In this document: one piece after another, positions 1 through 9,605 of the stretch | Numbering within the stretch: the first letter of the stretch is position 1 | How the letters are laid out: each line of letters opens with the position of its first letter | Virus record (IMG/VR): IMGVR_UViG_2140918032_000035 | DNA length: 58,218 bases | Source of the DNA: an uncultured virus (IMG/VR IMGVR_UViG_2140918032_000035) | Taxonomy: Duplodnaviria; Heunggongvirae; Uroviricota; Caudoviricetes | Reading direction: 5' to 3' (one strand) | Notes under the pieces: model-generated | The model's database searches: none | Told to the model about the DNA's origin: nothing | The model's input: the letters and a program-made list of their open reading frames with translations, nothing else | Made by a program: the position numbers and the translations under genes

Positions 1-357
1 AAAAGATATGGCAAGATCAGAATAAGAGAATGCGACATCGCATACCGTTTCAGCAGGAACGGAGAACCGCCCAAGTCGGTACTCATTCACATGCCTGACA
101 CGGGGCACTACAATCGCTGTGCCTTTTGGCATCCTGCGAGTCTGTTGTTTCCCGGCACGGTACCCGATACATTCTTACTATCGTATGACGCTGAATCGTG
201 GGAGTTTATCATAACTTCCGAAGACAAGAACGATGAAGGCCGTCATGACAAAGTGGCTTCAATCGGTCCACGCGATATGGAAGCGGAGTGGGCTGCGATC
301 GACTCCGAGATCCGTCGCCAGGAGCGACTGATAAGGAAAGGACAAAAGGTGTCCTGA
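1..357 (+). CDS. Hypothetical protein, 5'-truncated
   Basis: Frame of ORF 91..357 is open from base 1. Confidence 0.6.
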   Translation, partial: KRYGKIRIRECDIAYRFSRNGEPPKSVLIHMPDTGHYNRCAFWHPASLLFPGTVPDTFLLSYDAESWEFIITSEDKNDEGRHDKVASIGPRDMEAEWAAIDSEIRRQERLIRKGQKVS

Positions 358-512
358 GCGTGTTTATTTTTCCAGAAAGGTGAATAGACTAATGGACAAT
401 CAGTTACGGGTGTGGAAAGACACTTGACCAACACGAGCGAGGGGAAGGATGCGAAATGTGTTCTTCCTATCTGCTCGGGAAAATCTATCCTAAAGAATTG
501 GAGAAAGTTTGT

Positions 513-1277
513 ATGAAAACCAAGAAAGTTATTGCAGTTTTACTGTCTCTCGGAATGCTGTTCTCACTTGCAGCATGTACTGTCCGAGAAAAGAAGTCCG
601 AGCCGGTCGAATCGAATCCGAGCGAGACTTCATCCCGTGCAGCTGACAACCGATATGCTTCGTATGACATCGGTGAAACGGGACGAGACGGAAGTATTGA
701 GATGTGTGTCGATGCCGTCGAGCTTGTCACTTGGGAACAGGTCGATTGGTCGGGTGTCGTTTACGATACTCACAATCTCATCAAAGCACATGTGTCGATC
801 ACCAATCTCGGTGACGAAGACTTGACCTTCAAGCCTTCAGACATCCGATGTTATATCGACAACGAAGAGCTGATGGTTACCCGTACTACTCAGGCTTATG
901 ATACAGTCGGTATCGGAGGCGACCTGATCGAGAATGCCACCATTCACAGCGGCCGTTCTGAAACAGGCTGGATCCTCTATGAGTATTACCGTGATTGGAA
1001 CGAGTTTGAACTTCAGTACCTCGACACTTCATTGGACTTCACGATGAACTTCAATAAGAACGATGTCCAGGAAGTTCAGAGCTTGATCGACATACCTGAA
1101 GGTTCGGGTACGGATGTAAGCACCGCTACTCCTACCGAGTCCGGTACCACTGCTGAGACATCGGCATCCGGAGGCGGTCTCACAATACCCGTTACTACTG
1201 CAGAAACTACTGCTGCCACAGAAGGCGGCACTACACAATCTTCCGGCGGAGGTCTTACGATCCCACCTGTCGGATAA
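513..1277 (+). CDS. DUF4352-like lipoprotein with Thr/Gly-rich tail
   Basis: MKTKK signal peptide with lipobox LAAC; Ig-like segment VSITNLGDE..TIHSGRSETGWI. Confidence 0.7.
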   Translation: MKTKKVIAVLLSLGMLFSLAACTVREKKSEPVESNPSETSSRAADNRYASYDIGETGRDGSIEMCVDAVELVTWEQVDWSGVVYDTHNLIKAHVSITNLGDEDLTFKPSDIRCYIDNEELMVTRTTQAYDTVGIGGDLIENATIHSGRSETGWILYEYYRDWNEFELQYLDTSLDFTMNFNKNDVQEVQSLIDIPEGSGTDVSTATPTESGTTAETSASGGGLTIPVTTAETTAATEGGTTQSSGGGLTIPPVG

Positions 1278-1298
1278 GGAACTTTAAGGAGGCCGGAC

Positions 1299-1691
1299 AT
1301 GAGAGATTTTAAGATGCCTGATCTTGACAAGGTCATCGACAGACCTAAGGGTGAGGTAAGAAGCAAGACCGAAGCAGAATATGAGCAGGCTGCGACAGAA
1401 TTGTTCCGCACAGTCAAGTACATGTTCCCGGGCGAGACCAGATGGTTCGGTACAGACACTCCCGGTGTTAAAGCCGTCGGTGTCAGGAACGACAAGGACA
1501 GTCCCGTGCTTCTGATGAAACTCACCCGTTTCAATCCTGACGGCGGAGAAATGAGATACCGCCTCGGATCACTGAACGATTTGAGAAAATTGGACCAGCT
1601 TAGCGAGATCCGTTGGTTCGTAAATAATTGGCGTTCTCTGATGCCCAATCTTGAGCAGCAGGTTCAGCCGATTCCCGGAAGAAACTTTTAA
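1299..1691 (+). CDS. Hypothetical protein, C-terminus PGRNF
   Basis: ORF with AAGGAGG RBS. Confidence 0.75.
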   Translation: MRDFKMPDLDKVIDRPKGEVRSKTEAEYEQAATELFRTVKYMFPGETRWFGTDTPGVKAVGVRNDKDSPVLLMKLTRFNPDGGEMRYRLGSLNDLRKLDQLSEIRWFVNNWRSLMPNLEQQVQPIPGRNF

Positions 1692-1730
1692 TCCCGAGGA
1701 AACACTTTTTCACTTTAACGGAGGAAACTT

Positions 1731-2384
1731 ATGCACTTTATTGATACGACCGATTTATCGCTTTTAACAACTAACGCCGATACAATTAAATCCGATTGTT
1801 GCTTCAGGTACGCTCCGAAAGACTATGCCACCCATATCCTCTTTGACATGGACGGTACGCTGGCAAAGTTTCTTCGCTTGGGCGAACCTTATCACAGCTC
1901 TATTTTCGGAGAGCAGCATTTCCACGCAGAGCATTTATACAGAGAAGGTTACTTCTCCGATCTGCCTCCGCACATGAATGTCGTAAGAACCGTTAACTAC
2001 CTTCACCAGCACGAGAAGGAACTCGGCATCGTCGTCGGGATAATGTCATCCTTCCTTTCCGAATCCAGATTCGCTCTGAATGAGAAAAACGGATGGGTTG
2101 ATTATCACACGCCCGACATCGAAGAACGCATCTTCGTTCCCTGCGGTGTTCCCAAGGCTATGCAGCTTAACCGCGAAGCAGGTGATTGGTTCCTGGTTGA
2201 CGATCTGACAGACAATCTTGTTGAAATGGATAAGGCCGGTATGAACGGTATCAAGATCCTTAACGGCATCAATGATACCCACCACAGCTGGCAGGGGATC
2301 CGCGTTGATAAAGATGATCCCAACCTGGCACAATCGGTGCTGAACGCCGTTCACAAAATCCAAGAACAGAGACTTATGAAATAA
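1731..2384 (+). CDS. HAD-superfamily 5'(3')-nucleotidase-like protein
   Basis: Motif I FDMDGTL, motif IV LVDD..DNL; GGAGG RBS. Confidence 0.75.
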   Translation: MHFIDTTDLSLLTTNADTIKSDCCFRYAPKDYATHILFDMDGTLAKFLRLGEPYHSSIFGEQHFHAEHLYREGYFSDLPPHMNVVRTVNYLHQHEKELGIVVGIMSSFLSESRFALNEKNGWVDYHTPDIEERIFVPCGVPKAMQLNREAGDWFLVDDLTDNLVEMDKAGMNGIKILNGINDTHHSWQGIRVDKDDPNLAQSVLNAVHKIQEQRLMK

Positions 2385-2398
2385 GTCGGGAGGACAAC

Positions 2399-2833
2399 AT
2401 GCCTTTACACAAAAGATACGCCCAGCAGTTAGGCAGGACTGAGTCTAAATCCTGCGTCGTTCCTATCGACGGTATGGACTGCCTTTATGCACTTTCTCTT
2501 ACCAACACTGTGTTTTCAAGAACCGGTGATCCTAACCCTGCCGATTTCACTTCTACGATCGACAACGGTTTGATAACGGGAGACCTCAAGTGCATAGCCA
2601 AGGCTCAGATCAAAAAGCCTTTCTCTGAAGATACCATTCCAGGGGTGATCGTGACTTTGCGTACAGGCGTTGAAGAAGAGCGTTCGTATGATTTTTATGT
2701 CAGTGGGGCGGATATAGCGGATCATGTCCGCTCTGACAAAAAACCCGAACTCATCAATGCTGCTTTGGATAAGGTAGTAGCCCAGGTTACTCAGCGGATT
2801 GAAGACGCTTTGAGTTATACTGTTTTCCGATAA
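2399..2833 (+). CDS. Hypothetical protein
   Basis: ORF with GGGAGG RBS. Confidence 0.7.
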   Translation: MPLHKRYAQQLGRTESKSCVVPIDGMDCLYALSLTNTVFSRTGDPNPADFTSTIDNGLITGDLKCIAKAQIKKPFSEDTIPGVIVTLRTGVEEERSYDFYVSGADIADHVRSDKKPELINAALDKVVAQVTQRIEDALSYTVFR

Positions 2834-2870
2834 GAACTGCTTTAGCAGATAAGAAGAAAGGATATGAGAT

Positions 2871-3254
2871 ATGAGAGCCGTTGACATTGAATGGGACATC
2901 GACATTAACGAGGCTTTGGAAAAGATCCACCGTATGCCGGTTGCCGAGCAGGCAAAGACGATCGAGATGAATCCTCTGCATTATGAGAGACTGAGCATTG
3001 AGCACAGAGACGACCATATCAGGGACTATTATCATCATCGTCCGGGTGCTCTTTTGGACCTTATGCAACTGCCTACTGAAGTGGAGCTCCCTGAGGCTAT
3101 GACGGATACTGAAGATATTGCAAATTATCTGTCCGATCATTACGGTTTTTGCCATCGCGGATTTGAACTTCAGGGTAAGTCAAAACGCAGTCCTGTTATC
3201 TCGGATTATAACGACCTTTGTGACCTGGATCCGGGCACTTTTTTGTTCAGATGA
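2871..3254 (+). CDS. Hypothetical protein
   Basis: ORF with AAAGGA RBS. Confidence 0.7.
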   Translation: MRAVDIEWDIDINEALEKIHRMPVAEQAKTIEMNPLHYERLSIEHRDDHIRDYYHHRPGALLDLMQLPTEVELPEAMTDTEDIANYLSDHYGFCHRGFELQGKSKRSPVISDYNDLCDLDPGTFLFR

Positions 3255-3386
3255 TTCGAGAGTGTTTTTGCGGTTTTGAAGTGACATTTGCACAAGAAAA
3301 AAGCATCCATTTGGTGCAAAAATCAGCTTGAAAAATACCACCCACAACATCTTGGGTTTCCGCCCGATTTGGGACACTATATATAG

Positions 3387-3423
3387 TTGACTTCTTCGTA
3401 AAAATTGTATACGCTGTATACAA
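3387..3423 (+). promoter_or_regulatory. Probable TA-operon promoter with palindromic operator
   Basis: TTGACT at 3387; inverted repeat TTGTATAC-GCT-GTATACAA at 3405-3423 over the -10 region. Confidence 0.55.
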
Positions 3424-3473
3424 AATGTAGAAATTTTATTGAACTTCGAGGTATTTTTGGAAAAATCTGGCTT

Positions 3474-4139
3474 ATGAGAAATGTAAAGACTTTAAGAGAA
3501 ATGATGGGATTAAATCAGACTAAGTTCGCGGAACGATACGGCATTCCCAGACAGACTTTGATCGCCTGGGAATCAGGTCGCCGAGTCCCGCCTGAATATG
3601 TCGTAAATATGCTTGAGCGTCTGGTCAAGGCGGATGCTCTGAATCGCCGTGCGTTATCTCTTCTTCCATCGAAGGATCGCGGCCATAACAAGAAGGCTCT
3701 GCCGACGAGCGGAGACTATATCCAGACACGCGATTGGCTGACCGACATTGTCAATGAATTGGGCAATGTCGTGCTGGCTTTGGACAATGCTTTGATGTGT
3801 GACGGATCATACCTTGGTATGAATAACGAATACATCGTTTACTGCTACGGTCCAAAGGAACTTGCGGCTGAATACCGCGGTGTCGTTGTAATTGGAGAAA
3901 GCATCCCGGAATCGGATGTCGTTGAGACTCCGGACGGGTTAAGATATACAAAGTTTAACAGGACATTGATAGACGCTTTGGCGAACGATGATCTGCTGGA
4001 TATGCAGGGTATCACTGAAGCGTTGAATAATTACTATTGCAAGCATAACTGCACTTTTGACGGCCTGGTCATTCCGCCGCATCTGCAGGAAAAGTTTGAG
4101 CAGTATTCAAATTGGGCAATGGAGTATTACACATATTAA
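3474..4139 (+). CDS. XRE-HTH protein, AbiEi-like type IV antitoxin
   Basis: N-terminal HTH (LNQTKFAERYGIPRQTLIAWESGRR); C-terminal GLRYTKFNRTLIDAL resembles AbiEi; directly upstream of a nucleotidyltransferase. Confidence 0.65.
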   Translation: MRNVKTLREMMGLNQTKFAERYGIPRQTLIAWESGRRVPPEYVVNMLERLVKADALNRRALSLLPSKDRGHNKKALPTSGDYIQTRDWLTDIVNELGNVVLALDNALMCDGSYLGMNNEYIVYCYGPKELAAEYRGVVVIGESIPESDVVETPDGLRYTKFNRTLIDALANDDLLDMQGITEALNNYYCKHNCTFDGLVIPPHLQEKFEQYSNWAMEYYTY

Positions 4140-4155
4140 AAGGAGGCTATTTGGT

Positions 4156-4878
4156 ATGCAGAAACTTCACGCTAACGAGACGCTGATGTATCAGATAATG
4201 ACAGCGATCTACAAATCAGGAATCCCGATCGACTACAAAGGCTCTATGGTATTGAGAGCCTTTTTGTCTGATGCGGATTTTGAAGCAATGAGACACACAA
4301 GAGATATGGATGCGAATTGGATCTCTGAAAAGGAACCTACTTCGGCTCAGATGACTTCTTCCATCCAGAGGGCAATGGACCGTGCCGGACTTGATGTTAC
4401 GGTCAGGCAGTTCCGTGAACACGGTGACGGTAAATCCGCAGGCTTTGAGTTCTTCCTCCCGGATCAGACTGAAGCGGCAGCCTATATGGATATGGATGTT
4501 AACCGTCCGTCATATATGTCTTGCGTTTATGAGATCGGCGAATTCGTTTTCCGCGGCGCTGTCGTAGAACAGATGATCGCTGATAAGCTCAGTGCATTAT
4601 CCGGTGATAAGATATTCCGCCGTTCCAAAGACCTGTTGGATATGTATTACATTTCCAAGGTCTGCGAGCTGGATGTCGTCAAAGTAAATGATGCCCTGGT
4701 CAAGATGGGCAGAGAACTCGGGACTTTCGACGGCCTCATCAACCGTATAGATGAATTGCGTCACGCTTATGACAAGTTCAAGGTTGATGACGATGTTGAG
4801 AAACCTGATTTCGATACTGTCTTCGGAGCAGTTGTTAAGTACATTGAACCTTTTATGGATCCCGGCGTGATGAGGTGA
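4156..4878 (+). CDS. AbiEii/AbiGii-family nucleotidyltransferase toxin
   Basis: KGS..L, RHTRDMD, ADKLSA, RRSKDLLD motifs; AGGAGG RBS at 4141. Confidence 0.8.
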   Translation: MQKLHANETLMYQIMTAIYKSGIPIDYKGSMVLRAFLSDADFEAMRHTRDMDANWISEKEPTSAQMTSSIQRAMDRAGLDVTVRQFREHGDGKSAGFEFFLPDQTEAAAYMDMDVNRPSYMSCVYEIGEFVFRGAVVEQMIADKLSALSGDKIFRRSKDLLDMYYISKVCELDVVKVNDALVKMGRELGTFDGLINRIDELRHAYDKFKVDDDVEKPDFDTVFGAVVKYIEPFMDPGVMR

Positions 4879-4882
4879 GACT

Positions 4883-5296
4883 ATGGATATTACAAAGTAT
4901 GAATATGAACTTCAGCAGATGTGTTCTCTTGAACTCAGTAACATTCTTCAGACTTATTACAACAAAGAGGCTGTCCGTGTTGTCGAACAGCATAATGTTC
5001 CGGGCCAGGACACGACTATCACTGCGACAGTATCGCCTAATCTCAAGATCGACGATTGTAAGAGTCTCGGCGAGGCGTTTACCAAGTTGGGTGAGCTGCT
5101 TGCTTATGGTGCCATGCTGATTGAAACGCTGCAGAAGATGAACATTGATCTTACTGCAGAGCAGTATAAGGCTATGCTTATCGCCGAAGCTAATCTTATC
5201 GACGAAGGTATGGAGATGGTCGGTCTGGCATCGTCTGATCAGTGCCGTGACAACATCGAAAGTTACCTTATGGACAACGGTTTGATGGGCCGTTGA
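4883..5296 (+). CDS. Hypothetical protein, C-terminus GLMGR
   Basis: ORF with GAGGTGA RBS. Confidence 0.7.
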   Translation: MDITKYEYELQQMCSLELSNILQTYYNKEAVRVVEQHNVPGQDTTITATVSPNLKIDDCKSLGEAFTKLGELLAYGAMLIETLQKMNIDLTAEQYKAMLIAEANLIDEGMEMVGLASSDQCRDNIESYLMDNGLMGR

Positions 5297-5300
5297 TTTC

Positions 5301-5640
5301 TTGCATTTTCTGTTACATCTTGATATACAAGTTGCACAAAGGAACGAGGCTTTGTTTCTTTGCTCCTTGTGCATATTGACGATAGATGTAACACTTTATG
5401 CAATCGTGCACAGATCTGTGCAGACATCTGTGCAGGGCCTCTAAGCCTTGATACTATTGGCTTTGCAGGTTTGGCTGCACAGATGCACAGATGTTTTCGA
5501 CATTCTTTTTTCTGAGTGTTTTGGTTTTGAAAGACTTTATAGCAAAGTAGTGTGTTATCTGTGCATGGCACTTCCTTATCTTGTGCAAACGCCCGCCGCG
5601 CAAGGCTTTGCGGGCTGCACAGATGGTGTGCACAGACCTC
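5301..5640. repeat. Non-coding iteron-like module, copy 1
   Basis: Many TGCACAGAT units in both orientations, 16-bp palindrome at 5407-5422, T-rich core; similar to 45703-46028. Confidence 0.85.
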
Positions 5641-5663
5641 GGTTTGTAGAACTTTGCCTTTAA

Positions 5664-5720
5664 TTGTCGGCTAAGGCATTGCAAGGCCGTTTCGGCACTG
5701 TTTTTGAGATGCGCTATATT
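5664..5720 (+). promoter_or_regulatory. Box-50 promoter 1
   Basis: TGTCGGCTAAGGCAT at 5665; TATATT at 5715. Confidence 0.7.
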
Positions 5721-5754
5721 ATAATCAGAGTATTTTGAAGAGAGGGTTTTCGGT

Positions 5755-6192
5755 ATGGGTAAAACAGTCAGAGGCTTGTATCTTAATTCTGAAACAGGTG
5801 ACTGTCTTTCAGAGACTCTGGAGACTCAGGATTCCAGATCTTACGAGCGTCTTCTCGGTTGGGCTTCTAATTGGGGCGATCTTCGATTCTCGTATCTTTG
5901 TGTCGGGACTCAAGGTTATTACGCCATCTCCAACCGGAACAATGATGATAAGAGGACTACCATCCGCTGCTTTAATGACGAAGGCAAGTATAAAGAGGCT
6001 ATTCACGGCCCTGTCTTTATATGCAAAGTGGAAGACGGCCCGGACGATCAGCGTACTGTGGTCAGTATGACTGAACAGGAGCTTTCAGAGCTGATGCAAA
6101 GCGTTGAATATGTCAGTCACGAGCATGATCTTCAGTTCCCCCGCCTTGATATGACTTTTTCACCTGTTTTCCCTCCCCAGATGCTACGATGA
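5755..6192 (+). CDS. DUF3846-like hypothetical protein
   Basis: IHGPVFICK..VVSMTEQEL motif; paralog-like to 6882..7529. Confidence 0.55.
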   Translation: MGKTVRGLYLNSETGDCLSETLETQDSRSYERLLGWASNWGDLRFSYLCVGTQGYYAISNRNNDDKRTTIRCFNDEGKYKEAIHGPVFICKVEDGPDDQRTVVSMTEQELSELMQSVEYVSHEHDLQFPRLDMTFSPVFPPQMLR

Positions 6193-6202
6193 GGTTTTGA
6201 TT

Positions 6203-6583
6203 ATGCCTAACGATAAGCCTTTAGTTGAAGAGTATTTTGTCTGTACTGTCCGTCCGGATTCCTGTCACGCTGTTATGCGCTACAACGAAGACGGCGAGAC
6301 CAAGCAGATGATACATTTTGCAAGTAGAGAAGAAGCCAGAGAGTTCGCACGCGACATGGCCATTAAGTTCTGTACGGAAGCGTATCAGAAAAAGGATCCT
6401 GTTCGCTGTTTCCTGGCAAAGCACACACGAACCGGCGGCGGGTTGCCTTACCTTAATGAAGACATCGGCCGTTTCGGTAAAGACGGAGTCGAGATATTCC
6501 CTGAACAGATTTCTGCAGATACCTCCGCTCCCAAGGCTGAGGTGTCGCCGATCAATCAGCAGATCTCGTTCCTGGGTATGTAA
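6203..6583 (+). CDS. Hypothetical protein
   Basis: ORF in operon with GAGG RBS. Confidence 0.65.
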   Translation: MPNDKPLVEEYFVCTVRPDSCHAVMRYNEDGETKQMIHFASREEAREFARDMAIKFCTEAYQKKDPVRCFLAKHTRTGGGLPYLNEDIGRFGKDGVEIFPEQISADTSAPKAEVSPINQQISFLGM

Positions 6584-6593
6584 GGAGGTCAAC

Positions 6594-6878
6594 ATGGCAC
6601 GCAAAGAGGGCTTGGGAGTTTATGGTATCTTCGCCAAACTTCACGATAAAGTCGATAGCGATAAGCACCCTATATTGTCAGCTGTTCTTTATGATGCTTC
6701 CTGTAAGCCCGGCACTCCCGAGTATTACGCAGGTCCGTCGAGATGGCCCGAGCCCATAAATCGTTCGGACAGTCTCGCTCCGGAATGGAGCATTGCTCAT
6801 GACCATAATATGCGAGCGATGATCGAGCATGATATGAGACAGAAAGACTTGATGGAAGAGATACGGAGTGGACGATAG
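6594..6878 (+). CDS. Hypothetical protein (N-terminus MARKEGLG, C-terminus SGR)
   Basis: AAGGAGG RBS places the start at 6594. Confidence 0.7.
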   Translation: MARKEGLGVYGIFAKLHDKVDSDKHPILSAVLYDASCKPGTPEYYAGPSRWPEPINRSDSLAPEWSIAHDHNMRAMIEHDMRQKDLMEEIRSGR

Positions 6879-6881
6879 ACT

Positions 6882-7529
6882 ATGGCAAAGATATTAGGTG
6901 AATATATCAATCCCGATATGGGTTCCCTGGAACCGCCTGCTGTTTTTTCTGATGCGGATCTTAGCAATTATCCTGTTGGCCGACAGAATCCTTTTTGGCA
7001 TCGTCAATTTGAAAAGATCGAGTTTGAAGGCTTTGGTCTGGTTGACGAAAAAGATTGGCCTGAGCTGATAGGCTGTAAAGAACCTAAAACTTTACCGTTA
7101 TTTATCGAGGGCCACCCTTTTATTGTTGTTTGTGATCCTGCAACTGTTAGGGTTAGTGAAGATAAGATTCCGTTTGATGAAGTTAAACTTATTAAAGATA
7201 TGAAAGATTCACGCTTGCTGGTTCCGATTCTCTTGTCTTGTTGGCAAGGTAAGGTGGATGGTTATATTTTTGGCCCCGTGTTTATTTGTGGGGTTGATAA
7301 TTTGGATGAGGCTACTAAAGAACCTAAGGCTATTTTGAAGTCTCATCCTGTTGATCTTTGTGTAGAGGAGATTCAATTTTTACAGTATTGGTGGGGTGTT
7401 GGAGAAACAGGTATCGGTCACGAAGCTGATCGTTTAGAAATCAGGGAACAGATGGTTCGTAATCCAAGCGGGTGCCCTGATTGGTGTTTGCCGGGGTTTG
7501 TTAATGACGAATACTTGGGAAGGTCATAA
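6882..7529 (+). CDS. DUF3846-like hypothetical protein, C-terminus LGRS
   Basis: IFGPVFICG motif; visibly T-rich DNA. Confidence 0.6.
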   Translation: MAKILGEYINPDMGSLEPPAVFSDADLSNYPVGRQNPFWHRQFEKIEFEGFGLVDEKDWPELIGCKEPKTLPLFIEGHPFIVVCDPATVRVSEDKIPFDEVKLIKDMKDSRLLVPILLSCWQGKVDGYIFGPVFICGVDNLDEATKEPKAILKSHPVDLCVEEIQFLQYWWGVGETGIGHEADRLEIREQMVRNPSGCPDWCLPGFVNDEYLGRS

Positions 7530-7541
7530 GGAGGTATTACT

Positions 7542-7799
7542 ATGGCACGCAAATCAGGTTTAGGTTTTTTCGGCGTGGTAAGACAGAGTGCCCGTCGCGA
7601 TCATCAGGCTTTTAACGCTACTCTCGGACAGGTCATTCCCGCGAGAGAACATCCGCATCTGATGGAACAGGCTGCGGAAGAAAGAGCTGCGAGACCTGCA
7701 CCAAAGTCTCACAGTTCGCACAGACATTATGATCCGAGGTCTTCGGCTTCTTTAGGAGAGACAAGACCGGCCGATGAGAACTTCGGCCGCGGTATGTGA
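7542..7799 (+). CDS. Hypothetical protein (N-terminus MARKSGLG, C-terminus GRGM)
   Basis: AAGGAGG RBS. Confidence 0.7.
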   Translation: MARKSGLGFFGVVRQSARRDHQAFNATLGQVIPAREHPHLMEQAAEERAARPAPKSHSSHRHYDPRSSASLGETRPADENFGRGM

Positions 7800-7808
7800 G
7801 GTGATATT

Positions 7809-8384
7809 ATGGCACTTGTTAATGAAGGTCAGATCAGAGATGAGCTTGCCCGCAAGAAAGGTCTCAGTGCAGAGGATATTCTTCGTTGGCGTGAGAAGCT
7901 GAATGCCAGATATACAGAGCCTTTATCCGGGCATGTTATCCTGGCTAATCGCACCAAGGTATTAGACGATCTTGCAGCTCTCGCCGAACAGGCGTATGAA
8001 GCAGGTCTTCTTCCTGCAGGTAAGTCGTTGGTCTTGAACGATGTAAAGATCCATTTCGAGTTCGATAATATAGCTGACAATCCTCATCCTGAGCAGTGCA
8101 AGGTCAATCGTCTTGTCTTTGCCACGCGTGAATACGAAGGTGAGCTCCGCAGAGGCAGGACTGCCTGGGAAGGGTTAAGGGACTTCGATATTGGTTCCGC
8201 TTCTGCTTCCAAGACTCCTGCTCAGATTCAGGCAGGACGAACTGTTGCAGCATTTGACCGTGACTTTGCCCGCATTAAAGCCGAGTTTGACGCTTTTCTC
8301 ATTCAGGCAATGAAAGAGAAAGAATTGCGTACCAGGAAACTTATGGAGATGCGAAATCATCCCAGCCGTTACTTTGGTATCTGA
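7809..8384 (+). CDS. Hypothetical protein
   Basis: GAGGTGA RBS. Confidence 0.7.
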   Translation: MALVNEGQIRDELARKKGLSAEDILRWREKLNARYTEPLSGHVILANRTKVLDDLAALAEQAYEAGLLPAGKSLVLNDVKIHFEFDNIADNPHPEQCKVNRLVFATREYEGELRRGRTAWEGLRDFDIGSASASKTPAQIQAGRTVAAFDRDFARIKAEFDAFLIQAMKEKELRTRKLMEMRNHPSRYFGI

Positions 8385-8442
8385 CATAACCGTTTACCCT
8401 AAACGGGACATTTTATAAAACATTATTTTGGAGGAAACATTT

Positions 8443-9363
8443 ATGAAGACTTTTGAAGAGTTTAGAGACAGTATTGTTGCAGATCTGCCCGGAATACTTC
8501 CCGAGAATATGGCAGACGCGAAGATCTCGGTCCAGCCGATGAAGAAGAACAGCAGAGAGGTTACCGGCATTCAGCTTTGTAAGCCTATGGGCAACGGTAT
8601 GAGCGGCGGTCCGGTATTCTATGCGGATCTGCTTTATGATGATTACCAGAAGGGTAAAGAGTATGACGCTATCATTGATGACCTGGCTCACGCTTTGCAG
8701 ACTATGATCCCGCCTAAGACTGACGGTGTCCTGGACAAGATCAAGGATCCTGCCGGTTGGCGCATTGCCGCAGTCCCGGTCAGCAGCGTTAAGGTGGAGA
8801 GGTTCAGCGGTGCCGAGATCATCGGTGATATTGCAGCTGTTCCTTATGCTGTGATCGATGCTGATGAGCGTGGTATGTCCACTGTATCTATTACCAATGA
8901 CCTTTTGGCTCTCATTGATAAGTCTGCGTCGGAGGTCCTGGAGACTGCCAAGGCTAATATGTCTCAGGTCGCTACTGCCAAGACGATGCTTGAAGTCATC
9001 TGTGGTATGATGCCTCCCGGAATGGCAGAGGCAATGATACCCAATGAAGGCCCTACAATGATAGTCGTTTCTACGAACACAGAGAAGCAGGGCGCAGGTG
9101 TCGTTTTTGATAAGACCTTTATGGATTCCGTTTGCGAGAAGTACGCAGACCTGAAGAACGGTGCTATCGTTCTTCCCTCGTCCACCGATGAGTGTATTCT
9201 TCTCCCTCTGGACTTCGGCGATCCCGGTCGTCTTACCGATATGGTTACGAACATCAACGCAGACTGCGTGGAAGAATCCATGAGACTTTCCGACTCGGTA
9301 TTTGCTTACTACCCCGGTGTCGGACTCACACCTGCGGATCCTACGCTGTTAGCCGGAAGATGA
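8443..9363 (+). CDS. DUF5688-family protein, C-terminus LAGR
   Basis: MKTFEEF start, KNS..TGI, GAG, VLPSS.DE.ILLP, LSDSVF.Y motifs. Confidence 0.7.
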   Translation: MKTFEEFRDSIVADLPGILPENMADAKISVQPMKKNSREVTGIQLCKPMGNGMSGGPVFYADLLYDDYQKGKEYDAIIDDLAHALQTMIPPKTDGVLDKIKDPAGWRIAAVPVSSVKVERFSGAEIIGDIAAVPYAVIDADERGMSTVSITNDLLALIDKSASEVLETAKANMSQVATAKTMLEVICGMMPPGMAEAMIPNEGPTMIVVSTNTEKQGAGVVFDKTFMDSVCEKYADLKNGAIVLPSSTDECILLPLDFGDPGRLTDMVTNINADCVEESMRLSDSVFAYYPGVGLTPADPTLLAGR

Positions 9364-9371
9364 TAAATGAC

Positions 9372-9405
9372 AGGGGGCAGTCAATCCGGCTGCCCTTTTC
9401 TTTTT
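9372..9405 (+). terminator. Intrinsic terminator
   Basis: GGGCAGTC/GGCTGCCC stem plus T-run. Confidence 0.75.
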
Positions 9406-9463
9406 GATTTTTCAGGTTACAATAAAGGTAACATCTACAATCAAGAAAGAGAGGTAAGTGGCT

Positions 9464-9541
9464 ATGCCTGTGATTTACATTGAAATTACTTTCAAGAGCT
9501 TTGACAATGGCTACGAGCGACTCAAAGCATATCAGAAGTAA
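9464..9541 (+). CDS. 25-aa small protein MPVIYIEITFKSFDNGYERLKAYQK
   Basis: GAGG RBS, upstream TACAAT at 9418, downstream terminator. Confidence 0.5.
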   Translation: MPVIYIEITFKSFDNGYERLKAYQK

Positions 9542-9548
9542 CCTAACG

Positions 9549-9581
9549 GCCCTCGGGAGTTTCTCGGGGGCTTTATATTTT
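9549..9581 (+). terminator. Intrinsic terminator
   Basis: GCCCTCGGGA/TCTCGGGGGC stem plus TTTATATTTT. Confidence 0.65.
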
Positions 9582-9605
9582 CCATAGCAGATAAGGAGAA
9601 ACTTT

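Noticed and set aside
392..480. 11-codon ORF and a CGAGCG..TGCTCG hairpin resembling 22178-22216
   Set aside because: Similarity is short and the second copy folds poorly; not enough support
1268..1282. Seventh Box-50-like sequence TGTCGGATAAGGAAC
   Set aside because: Overlaps a stop codon, lacks GCAT and has no -10 hexamer 50 bp downstream
5263..5684. ORFs overlapping the iteron module
   Set aside because: Cys/Ala-rich translations of the repeat words, no RBS, and no equivalent ORF in the second copy
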